Source of the DNA: Eledone cirrhosa
Taxonomy: Eukaryota
DNA length: 64,000 nt
Direction: 5' to 3'
Assembly: GCA_964016885.1 (NCBI GenBank)
Contig: OZ024741.1
Coordinates: forward strand, 66,898,001-66,962,000
Positions 54,001 through 64,000 of this stretch are shown piece by piece (the first letter of the stretch is position 1; each line of letters begins with the position of its first letter). Under the pieces are notes generated by a model. That model was given only the letters and a program-made list of their open reading frames with translations, had not been told where the DNA came from and searched no databases. The translations under genes were made by a program, and so were the position numbers.

Positions 54001-54446
54001 GCCCGGGCAGGGATCCCTCAAAAAAGATTTGCCCTAGATGCGTGCGTCACGAAGAAACCGTAGCGCACGCATTGGTGCAATGTCCGGGCGTGGCTGATCT
54101 GTGGGGCTACGCCGAACAACTGCTGTCGCGGGTGGCGCCGATTAAATTGACCGCCGAGTCCGTGATGACAATCAAACCGCCTCCCCTCTTCACAAAGGAA
54201 GCAAAGGCGGTTTTTCTGTGCGTAATAGCCATGTTGAAAGAGGTTGTTTGGTGGACACGATTGAAAGGTCTGAGGTCAGGCAACTTCCTCTCTGGCCATA
54301 GTCTGGTCTACTTCTTCCGATATCACTTCGGAAGAAGGATAAGAATGGAGAGAGAGGTGCTTGGCCACAGGCAGTTTTATGAAAGGTGGGTGATAGTGGC
54401 GAGAATGGCTCGTGTAAATGGGCCTTCTCTGTATACCATCCTGTAG
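51009..54446 (+). CDS. Copy D ORF2p: APE endonuclease, reverse transcriptase and C-terminal CCHC (1145 aa, uninterrupted)
   Basis: EN: GCLNARGL, ICETR, VYSP, GDWN, SYLDRFL, YTDH. RT: KSPGLDG, NFRPITLLN, LDQSKAFDRVDH, RQGCPLS, YADD. C-terminus: GGLGMP, CPRC..EETVAHALVQC. Confidence 0.97.
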   Translation: MDVLRVGCLNARGLGSTWKQAKLLNDLRSCSINVMVICETRISVMRQLAPTFDDFEVHASLCQPGGGGGVVVLLQKHLGLAVQVVHSDPEGRLLVLDVGSSESAALRLVAVYSPFGAERPDFFQRLETFLGTSRSLLLAGDWNDILDARWDYAGACPNRGGCNSLKGLLDRFNLVDRYRLDFPTVPTWTWRNHSGQSRSYLDRFLVRSKDRDILSCPEMRTVGYTDHKLVTCVVNLEKTHRQGPGYWKLNLSLPAKETYRNRISRLVKERLTGAIVNNRWWASLKREIRTESISYSKMLAANRNRNEKELTGKLEEAIKSEDVARVLASRTALNQFFDAKHEGCVIRSKIRALGNEGAKAVGWARVTEAKSGNRSTIRSLQDEDGRVIREPKQMCEAFQKHFARLFGGGEGPGRGVDFGPYLDGLPRLSSKEAESCEGPISADEIGDALSQCSRRKSPGLDGIPYELYLAMPVFFSELLEAVYCNWQQNGRIPCSVAKGVVTLVRKDEKKGDSINNFRPITLLNTELKILAKVLAKRLALVVGGLVGDAQTCAIPSRSIHDNLHLMRYIIERVGNKPGFGGALINLDQSKAFDRVDHGYLDAVLAAAGFGPVFRGWITALHSNHICSRIKVNGYLSKPFEITRSIRQGCPLSSLLYVLTLEPLLRKLELLQGIPLEPGLSKAVSAYADDVTVMVSTDSEIEAIGTLLEEYERLSGAKLNREKSIGLQLGTWRGKPMPPDGVVGHWTEGPVKLLGVWFGPDLQVEKNWNEVTNKVFALTQKWAKCKLSLKGRAEVANIYIASVTYYRLTVVPCPKETLTTMERMLFQFLWKKRPPMVRRSICCQRPSKGGLGMPWLMMRRHALRLRHLQVFLTGQPVWAPFVKRAFPRLVSLTGLQSWVKQRSGKLGDWHTECAQALRALWQAGRTIGGESTSSFYRGLVTSRGDDTLGESLDMEEDELASLFGRTFGPGPMDNFQKSLAWQCYRGALPVRERLYRHGRPGRDPSKKICPRCVRHEETVAHALVQCPGVADLWGYAEQLLSRVAPIKLTAESVMTIKPPPLFTKEAKAVFLCVIAMLKEVVWWTRLKGLRSGNFLSGHSLVYFFRYHFGRRIRMEREVLGHRQFYERWVIVARMARVNGPSLYTIL

Positions 54447-55654
54447 GTAAAGAAGTAAAGGAGAGGGGAGCACCTTCTCCATGTGCTCCCCGGGCAAAGG
54501 ATTGCACACTTTTTCGGGGGTGTGTGCAACCCCCATCACGTCCCCTCCCTTTTGAGGTTATTTTCGATTATTTTCATGTTACACCCTTTTTACTCGATTA
54601 TATGTAAACTCCCCCTTTGTATTTGTCCCTTCTTTTTATGCCTTTATGGTAAATAAAGAAATCTATCTATTTATCTACCTATCAATATATATAATTATAT
54701 ATCTATCTATCTATCCTCTAGCTAGCTATCTATGTATTATATTTCAAATACAAATAAAACGTATATAAACATATAAACACACACACACAAGCACACATAA
54801 ACACATACACATATATACACACACATTACAAATCGATTTTCCAACACTCCTACCTCTTACTACAATCTAAACCTATAAACCTAAATAAAGAAGTCTAGTT
54901 CCACCAAAACAAACGGAATGAAAAATTATACATTACTATGGTAAAAAAACACGTGGGCTATTTTAATGAGAGGGTTAATTAATGAACTGGTGATATCAGA
55001 TGGAGCAAAAATATATTAGACTGACGGATACTAAAACACGAAATAAAATGATCTTGAACCAAGAAAGAATTTCAAGTGTCATAGTTTATGTCAAATTTAT
55101 ATTTCAAATTAATTTCAGTAAATCTGTAGCTACAAGGAGCTGAGCCAAGTATCATTAAAACGAAGACTGTTACGTGTACTTTTACTCCTCCAAAGCATAT
55201 TTTATTTAAATTAAACTTGCGAAGTATAGAATTTTATAAGTTTCTGCCTCAGTAAGACAAGATAGTCCTATAATTTTATGACGCTCAGGCCATTTGGCTG
55301 ATATCTAGAAATAATTTGAAATTATTCTAGTGTAAAACTTATGTAGAAATGAAGCTTAAATCTAACAACGGACTCCCTAAATTAACTAATCTTTATCCTG
55401 GATTATATGTCGTTGTGAAGACGTCATTAACTGTGTTCACAACATATTTAGTTGAACGTATATTTAGTACTGTTTCCGACATTTTAATGAGAGATAAGAA
55501 AACCCAAAACCAAAAACAAAGAAACCGACTGTAAATATTTGAACGATGTGACTTAAGGATCGTTTTGTTTTGTTTTGTTTCAGATGCGGTGCAATTAGTC
55601 GCATCATCTTCATATCAGTAAATCAAATAATGTTATCATCATCATCATCATCAC

Positions 55655-55950
55655 TTTTTCCAGCCGCAACCTGGTGCAGTCAGCGACTAACCCAGGTTCT
55701 GCTGCACGTCAGGCTGAGGAGGCCAAACTCTCCAAATACCGGTCGCTCTCCGATAGGTTTGCGGTCGTACCCTTCGCAGTGGAGACTTCTGGTGTCCTCG
55801 GCCCTAGGGCTACCGCCCTACTGACCACCATAGGCGCTGAGCTGGCCAGCCGCAGGTGTGAGCCTCTCGAGTTGGAATGGCTCTTCCAGCGCGTCTCCCT
55901 TGCCGTCTTCGGGGAAACGCCTTCTCCATTCTGTCCGCCAGGGCTGTGGG
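55655..55950 (+). mobile_element. Short 3' fragment of the same CRE-like element as 23540..24546
   Basis: Close match to ~24215..24510 (cagccgcaacctggtgcagtc...gggctgtgg). Confidence 0.88.
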
Positions 55951-56269
55951 GCGGCTATCAATAATATTGACTGACTTGTCATTTTATCAGTCAACCTACT
56001 GCAACACTTACATATAGTGCACTGATCTGATTCACTCTGAATACATCTTTTGAATCTATAACAGGTGGTAGAGAAAAGCTTTAATAAGATTAACATACTA
56101 ATCGAAACCAGTAATATTTGATAAAATTTAAATTAATTTAATTTGACAATTATAAAAATATTTATTCTATCGGATTAAAGAAAATAGAATCTTTAAATGT
56201 GTTTTTCCATTTTTACTTTTTCGCACACACAAACAAACGCATACTGATACACAAACACACACACACACA

Positions 56270-56341
<72 letters not shown>

Positions 56342-56348
56342 CTGTATA

Positions 56349-56539
56349 TAATTGTTTCTACTTTTGGCAAAAGGCCAGCAATTACCCCAGTATATTACTA
56401 GTACTTTATTTTATCTACCCCGCAAGGATGAAAGGCAAAGTTAACATCGGCGGGATTTGAACTCAGAACGTAAAGGGACATAACTCTATGCTACAAAGCA
56501 TGGTGTCCAACGCTCTACCTATTCTGCCAATCCACCGCC
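56349..56539 (-). mobile_element. tRNA-headed SINE (same family as 20185); its head abuts the (TATC)n tract preceding copy E
   Basis: Same core and B box. Confidence 0.85.
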
Positions 56540-56542
56540 TTG

Positions 56543-56612
<70 letters not shown>

Positions 56613-56849
56613 AACGATCTTGCTGTCGTCTGTTCTACAGCGTAGACGTAATTCACTTCGCGCAGAAGTTTTGTTCCAATTTATTGCGGAAATTTTGTAA
56701 GTTTAATTTTAATTTTGATACTATTGTGTAGCTTGACCCCCCCCCCTCTGAACTGTCAGGCGGTGGGTCAGCTCATCTTCGCCCCTCCCAGCGGTGAAAA
56801 ACCTGTTTTTAAAAATTTTGTGGCATAAAATTTCAATCGTCTGGCAGAA

Positions 56850-58754
56850 ATGTTAAACGAAGCTAACGAAAATAGTGGTGGGGGGACAGCGGTAAGAGTT
56901 GTAAGCTCGCACGCTTTAGTCCCCCCTTCCTTCCCAACTAACGTCATAGAGAAGGAAAGAAAAAATAAAATAAAAACAGACGAATGTGCGGAGAAAAATG
57001 ACGAAAACACAAATCTGGAGATTATGTCCAACAACAAAAAAAATTTGAAAGAATTGCATGACAATATTAATACCACAAACAAAGAAACAACAAACACAAA
57101 AATAACATTTGAAAACAACATCATAACACAAAGCATAGCAGACGACAAAGTCAACACCAATAATATTTCATTGCACAAACAACAAAGAAATCTTTAACAT
57201 ATATACCTGAAAATATTTCAGATGTGACACAAAGAATAAAAAACGCCAAACAATACATAACTCAGGGGGAAAATGGAATCTTATCGGTAAAAATGCCCCA
57301 AGAACTCACCAAAGATATTGAAAGTCGGACGGTCGTTTTCCGCACCATCAACAACATCTCAAAAAAAACCTCAACAACCAACACAAGCAGAAATTAAAGC
57401 AGTACTTACAGAAGTACTTAATGAAGCCACTTTCATAAGAAGAGACAGGCTGTATGGAAGCCTAGCGATTATTATGAAGAACGAATCAGCGGCAAAAAAA
57501 TATGCTTTGTCGCCAATTCGTTCGACAAATTTTACCTTTTATCCATCTTATATGGGTAAAAGAACTCAGCGCATATGGCTGGATGCGATGATGCCAGATG
57601 TGGACTACTGCTGGCTCATAGCTGGCTTCATCGATCCAGCGAATGACAACGTGATTTCCATTGGGAAAACCACAGGCAATGTGTTCAGTGGAACAGGTAT
57701 AGAACTTGTAGTGCAAATGAAGCCTGAACGCATTGCCCAGATACCCGACAGAATCCTATTAGAGGGCCACGGGTATATAAACATTAGCGTGGAGGGGAGA
57801 AGGCCGTCCTGTCATATCTGTGCAGGCAGAGGGCACCTGAAGGCGGCTTGTCCCCAAATCAACAAGAAGAAAACCCTGCTACCAACACCAGCTCCACCAC
57901 CACCACAACAGATAAACAAACAACAAAACTCAGTCCCACCCAACCCGTCCCTCAGTAAAACTACACCACCACCACAACACAAACAGACACAACACATTAC
58001 CCAAAAACAAAACACAGTCCCACCCAACCCCTCACTCAATAAAACAACACAACCACCGCAGCCACAACACACAACACAGTCTAACATAGTGACATCCATC
58101 TCCCCCACAAAGAAAACCAACACGGAAACATTACCAGCAAACATACCTCTTCCCTCCAACACTGAAGATAACCCAACGAATTAGGAGGAAGAAACGGAGT
58201 CCTTCAGACAGATCAAAAGGAAAAAAAGAAAACATGTGCAAAACACACAAGGCCAAACAACCCCTACCCAAATGTCAACACAATCCAACAAAACACAAAA
58301 CACCCCTCCAGCAACAAACAAAACCAAACCTGCCCCTCCCCTCTTGGAAACACTCACACCATCCGAAAAAAAGACATTACACTATACTTACATCAACAGA
58401 AAAAACAATAAATTAAATGAACTCATAAACAATAACCCTTCGGTACAAACCGAAGGGGTAAACTTTGTTTCTTCAGAAAACTACCCACATTTAAAATTAA
58501 TAAAGATCCCAATGAACCTCTACCAAAAACTAAAAAAGGATTTTAAGGAGGACGTAGGACCACCCTCTGTCAAACCCATAAACCGCGTCCTCCTAAAAAG
58601 CTTTCCCCCTCCCCCTCCCCTCCCCAACACAACTCCAAACACCCCAACCCCACCACACACTGACGACCCTACACCACCACAAGACACCCCTTCACCCAAC
58701 ACCCCCGACCCCATGGAAGTCGTGCGACCCGAACCTCGAGAAGCAGAAAGGTAA
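56850..58754 (+). pseudogene. Copy E ORF1 (frameshifts and a premature stop)
   Basis: Three ORF pieces homologous to D ORF1, including CHICAGRGHLKAAC. TAG at 58182..58184. Confidence 0.9.
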
Positions 58755-58787
58755 GTCTCTACACTGTCCTTTGGCTTTGCCGCCCAC

Positions 58788-61700
58788 ATGGATGTGTTAA
58801 GAGTAGGATGTTTGAATGCACGTGGCCTGGGCTCAACTTGGAAGCAAGCAAAGCTTCTAAATGACCTCAGGTCACGTGGTATAAATGTAATGGTTATCTG
58901 TGAGACTCGGATCAGCGTCGTGCGGCAGCTGAACCCTACCTTCGATGACTTTGAGGTGCACGCATCTCTCTGTCAACCTGGAGGTGGGGGTGGGGTTGTC
59001 GTACTGCTGGAAAAACACCTGGGTCTCGCCGTACAGGTTGTTCACTCGGACCCGGAAGGTCGTTTATTGGTGCTAGGCGTTGGCAGTAGTGGAGGTGCGG
59101 CCTTGAGACTGGTCGCCGTCTACTCCCCTTCCGGAGCTGAACGACCCGACTTCTTCCAGTGTCTGGAGACTTTTCTGGGAACGTCGCGTTCCCTGCTTCT
59201 AGCGGGGACTGGAATGACATCCTAGATGCACGTTGGGACTATGCAGGAGCAGGTCCTAATAGAGGGGGTGTAACAGCCTCAAGGGGTTACTCGACCGTTT
59301 TAACTTGGTCGATAGATATCGACTAGATTTTCCAACTGTGCCAACCTGGACTTGGACGAACCATAGTGGTCAATCTAGATCGTACTTAGATAGATTCTTA
59401 GTTAGAAGTAAGGATAGGGACATATTAAGCTGTCCAGAAATGCTCACGGTTGGCTATACAGATCACAAATTAGTGACCTGCGTAGTCAACCTTGAGAGAA
59501 CACATAGACAGGGTCCCGGTTACTGGAAACTTAATTTGTCTTTACCGGCAAAAGAGGCTTACAGAGACCGAATTAGCAGATTAGTTAAGGAGAGGTTGAC
59601 GGGTGCAATCGTCAACAACCGATGGTGGGCAGCTCTCAAAAGAGAGATTAGAACAGAATCAATAAGTTATAGCAAGATGTTAGCTGCCGATAGGAATAGG
59701 AACGAGAAAGAATTAACAGGTAAATTAGAAGAGGCAATCAAGAGCGAAGATGTGGCCAGAGTGCTGGCATCGAGGACGGCCTTGAGCCAGTTTTTCGATG
59801 TAAAGCACGAAGGCTGCATCATTCGAAGTAAAATACGTGCTCTAGGTAATGAGGGGGCCAAAGCCGTTGGCTGGGCCCGCGTGACAGAAGCTAAGAGTGG
59901 AAATCGATCCACCATCCGGTCTTTGCAAGACGAGGATGGGCGGGTGATCCGGGAGCCTAAGCAGATGTGCGAGGCCTTTCAAAGGCACTTTGCCCGATTG
60001 TTCGGGGGAGGCGGGGGTTCGGGCGTGGACGTGGATTTCTGTCCATACCTCAACGGCCTGCCGCGTCTCTCGAACGAAGAGGCAGAATCCTGCGAGGGAC
60101 CAATCTCGGCTGATGAGATCGGGGATGCGCTGAGCCAATGCAGCAAACGCAAATCTCCAGGTCTCGATGGTATACCTTACGAACTTTATTTGGAAATGCC
60201 GATCTTCTCCGAACTCCTCGAAGCAGTCTACTGCAATTGGCAGAAGAACGGGAGAATTCCTTGTTCTGTAGCCAAGGGCGTATTCTCGCTGGTGAGGAAG
60301 GACGAGAACAAGGGGGATAGTATAAATAATTTTCGGCCCATAACCCTGCTAAACACAGAGTTAAAGATTTTGGCCAAGGTGTTAGCAAAGAGGTTGGCGC
60401 TTGAAGTGGGTAGCCTGGTGGGAGATGCGTAGACATGTGCTATCCCATCCAGGTCCATTCACTACAACCTCCACCTCATGCGCTACATCATAGAGAGGGT
60501 TGGCAACAAACCCGGCTTCGGTGGGGCTCTGATCAACTTGGATCAGTCTAAGGCGTTCGATAGGGTCGACCATGGTTACCTGGATGCGGTGCTAGCGGCG
60601 GCTGGGTTCGGCCCTGTTTTCAGAGGCTGGATCCCTGCCTTACATAGCAACCACATCTGTTCTAGGATCAAGGTGAACGGCTACCTTTCGAAGCCGTTCG
60701 AAATCACACAATCCATTCGACAGGGGCACCCTCTCTCCTCCCTTCTGTACGTATTGACTCTCGAGCCTTTACTGAGGAAGTTGGAGTTGTTGCAGGGTAT
60801 CCCTCTGGAACCAGGATTGAGCAAATCGGTGTCGACCTACGCCGATGACGTAACAGTAATGGTATCGACCGACTCGGAGATCGAGGCGATCGGCACCTTA
60901 CTGGAGGAATACGAAAGGTTGTCAGGAGCGAAACTGAACCGGGAAAAATCCATCGGGCTGCAACTCGGAACGTGGAGAGGTAGACCGATGCCTCCCGACG
61001 GTGTCGTCGGACACTGGACGGAGGGCCCGGTGAAGTTGCTTGGGGTCTGGTTTGGACCGGACCTCCAGGTGGAAAAGAACTGGGGCGAGGTTACGAGCAA
61101 GGTGTTTGCACTGACCCAGAAATGGGCCAAGTGTAAGCTGTCCCTGAAAGGTCAGGCGGAGGTGGCGAACATTTACATAGCGTCCGTCACCTACTACCGC
61201 CTGACTGTCGTGCCTTGCCCTAAGGAAACACTCACCACCATGGAACGCATGCTCTTTCAATTTCTTTGGAAAAAGCGCCCTCCTATGGTGAGAAGATCCA
61301 TCTGCTGCCAACGACCTTCGAAAGGAGGGCTGGGCATGCCGTGGTTGATGATGCGTAGGCACGCATTAAGGCTACGGCACCTACAGGTATTCCTCACTGG
61401 TCAACCGGTGTGAGCTCCGTTCGTGAGACGAGCTTTTCCGACCTCGTCTCGCTCACCGAGCTGCAGTCCTGGGTCAAGCAAAGATCCGGAAAACTGGGCG
61501 ACTGGTACACTGAGTGTGCCCAGGTGCTCAGGGCTCTCTGGCAAGAGGACCCGGCCATCGGTGGAGAATCCACCTCGTCATTCTATAGAGGGCTGGTGGT
61601 TAGCAGGGGCGATGACACCCTTGGAGAATCCTTGGACATGGAAGAGGACGAACTAGCCAGCCTGTTCGGCAGGACTTTCGGCCCGGGACCAATGGACAAC

Positions 61701-62219
61701 TTCCAGAAGTCACTGGCCTGGCAGTGCTACCGGGAGGCTCTACCCGTTCGAGAAAAGCTCTACAGACACGGGCGCCCGGGCAGGGATCCCTCGAAAAAGA
61801 TTTGCCCTAGATGCGTGCGTCACGAAGTAACCGTTGCGCACGCATTGGTGCAATGTCCGGGCGTGGCTGATCTGTTGTGCTACGCCGAACGACTGCTGTC
61901 GCGGGTGGCGCCGATTCGATTGACCGCCGAGTCCGTGATGACAATCAAGCCGCCTCCCCTTTTCACAAAGGAAGCAAAGGCGGTTTTTCTGCGCGTAATA
62001 GCCATGTTGAAAGAGGTTATTTGGTGGACAAGATTGAAAGGTCTGAGGTCAGGCAACTTCCTCTCTGGCCATAGTCTGGTCTACTTCTTCCGATATCACT
62101 TCGGAAGATGGATAAGCATGGAGAGAGAGGTGCTTGGCCACAGGCAGTTTTATGAAAGGTGGGTGATAGTGGCGAGAATGGCTCGTGTAAATGGGCCTTC
62201 TCTGTATACCATCCTGTAA
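58788..62219 (+). pseudogene. Copy E ORF2 (frameshifts and stops)
   Basis: Four ORF pieces colinear with D ORF2. Stops at 60430..60432 and 61411..61413. Confidence 0.93.
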
Positions 62220-62423
62220 GTAAAGAAGTGAATGAGAGGGGAGCACCTTCTCCATGTGCTCCCCGGGCAAAGGATTGCACACTTTTTCGGGGCCCCCATC
62301 ACGTCCCCTCCCTTTTGAGGTTGTTTTCGATTATTTTCATTTTATACCCTTTTTACTCGGTTTTATGTAAACCCCCTCTTTGTATTTGTCCCTTCTTTTT
62401 ATGCCTTTATGGTAAATATAGAA

Positions 62424-62477
<54 letters not shown>

Positions 62478-63040
62478 ATATAATTACATTCAAAATATTT
62501 TGTTCACAGCTGGGCTATTTTCAAAAATATATAATTGACATGTCCAAAATGCTGCGCAGTAGCAATGAACTCGTAACCACAATTACATAATATTTTACGG
62601 GAAAAAAAAGATGGAACTATTTGTGCTTATCTTACCTTCCACCAATAGTCCAAAATAAGCGATACATAAATAACCCAGCATTACAACATAAACATGATTT
62701 ATCTCAATACCATTACTGCACTTGAGCTGATGAACACAACCACAAAGATATGGTCCGAACGAGGAAGAACCGAACTCCCACTGTCATCGCCCCCCTCCCA
62801 TCTCTGCGTATGGTGAGCAAATAAGGTTCCACGTGCTGGCCTCCCCACAGCCCCGGCGGACAGAATGGAGAAGGCGTGTCCCCGGAGGATGGTAAAGGAG
62901 ATGCGTGGTAGAAAACAGATTTAATGTCGGGAGGGATTTAGTTAAAAAGAAACACTTGGTATGGAGGAACTGGAACTGGAAAATATGGTGAATTTTGGTA
63001 ATTATGTACATAATGACTACGGTGGGGATATTGGTGGACT

Positions 63041-63552
63041 ATGATGGTGATGATGGTGATGGTGATGATGATGGTGATGGTGATGATGGTGATGATGGTG
63101 ATGGTGATGATGGTGATGATGGTGATGGTGATGATGGTGATGATGGTGATGGTGGTGATGATGGTGATGGTGATGATGATGGTGATGATGGTGATGATGG
63201 TGATGATGGTGAGGGTGATGGTGATGGTGATGATGGTGATGATGGTGATGGTGGTGATGATGGTGATGGTGATGATGATGGTGATGATGGTGATGATGGT
63301 GATGATGGTGATAATGATGATGATGGTGATGATAGTGATGGTGATGGTGATGATGGTGATGGTGATGATGATGGTGGTGGTGATGGTGATGATGGTGATG
63401 TTGATGGTGATGATGGTGATGATGGTGATGATGGTGATAATGATGATGATGGTGATGATAGTGATGGTGATGGTGATGATGGTGATGGTGATGATGATGG
63501 TGGTGGTGATGGTGATGATGGTGATGTTGATGGTGATGTTGATGTTGATGCT

Positions 63553-63583
<31 letters not shown>

Positions 63584-64000
63584 TTGATGATGGATATGAT
63601 GATGGCGATTATGTTGATAATGATGATGATGATGAAAGAGATTACGTTGAGGATGATAAATATGATGATGGTGATGATTATGATGAAAGTGATTATGTTA
63701 ATAATGATGAATATGATGAAGATGATGATGATGATGATGATGATGATGAGTAGGGGGAGGAGGTTGGCGGTGGGGAAGCTAACGATGAGAGTGAGCATTT
63801 TAATATTAGTGAGGATTATGGTGACAGTAACTATGGTGATGATGATGATGTGCCTGTGTGTTATCAGGGAGTGATGAGACTGACGATGATGGTGGTGGTG
63901 GTGGTGGTGATGGTGGTGGCGGTGGTGGTGATGGTGGAGTGGTGGTGTTGGTGGTGGTGGTTGTGGTGTTGGCGGGGGTGGTGGTAGTGGTGGTGGTGTT
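63041..64000. repeat. (GAT/GGT)n compound microsatellite with an internal ~126-bp duplication
   Basis: The block gataatgatgatgatggtgatgatagtgat recurs at ~63309 and ~63435. Confidence 0.92.

Larger units (their letters stand above)
48870..54661 (+). mobile_element. Tx1-clade LINE copy D, full-length and near-intact; 19-bp TSD
   Basis: TATTTATCTACCTATCAAT at 48851..48869 and 54668..54686. Contains ORF1, an intact ORF2 and a 3' UTR ending AATAAAGAAA. Confidence 0.96.
56613..62424 (+). mobile_element. Tx1-clade LINE copy E, full-length, same subfamily as D, both ORFs disrupted
   Basis: Flanked by pure (TATC)n (56543..56612 and 62425..62476). ORF1 pieces 56850..58754, ORF2 pieces 58788..62219. 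Confidence 0.95.

Noticed and set aside
40236-62476. Telomeric retrotransposon array (HeT-A/TART- or SART/TRAS-like) or CRISPR-like repeat-spacer reading
   Set aside because: The spacers are TATC rather than a telomeric repeat, ordinary DNA continues on both sides, and the units are LINE copies with TSDs.
62938-63874. Asp/Gly-rich acidic ORF resembling a biomineralisation protein
   Set aside because: Overlapping ORFs on both strands arise from (GAT/GGT)n, and there is no signal peptide or unique domain. It cannot be fully excluded without RNA data.

Overview
AT-rich, microsatellite-dense animal DNA with no recognisable host gene. The SINE types and the (TA)n/(CA)n/(TATC)n load suggest a cephalopod (Octopus-like) genome, which is my inference. 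The dominant feature (40.4-62.4 kb) is a same-strand cluster of five Tx1-clade (L1-group, APE endonuclease) non-LTR retrotransposons from about three subfamilies. Four lie head-to-tail and the fifth sits about 2 kb further on. Every copy lies in a (TATC)n/(GATA)n tract, two have resolvable 18-19 bp target-site duplications, and one keeps an intact 1145-aa ORF2. The left part holds decayed mobile elements: a Penelope-like GIY-YIG remnant, several type-I hammerhead-like motifs followed by AATAAA and (TA)n, long fold-back palindromes, RTE-clade LINE relics (one with 5'-inversion geometry), CRE-like RLE retroelement fragments, a hATm-like transposase relic, a hAT/Charlie-type MITE and tRNA-headed SINEs. 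Most ORFs in the supplied track are microsatellite artefacts or alternative frames of the retroelements.
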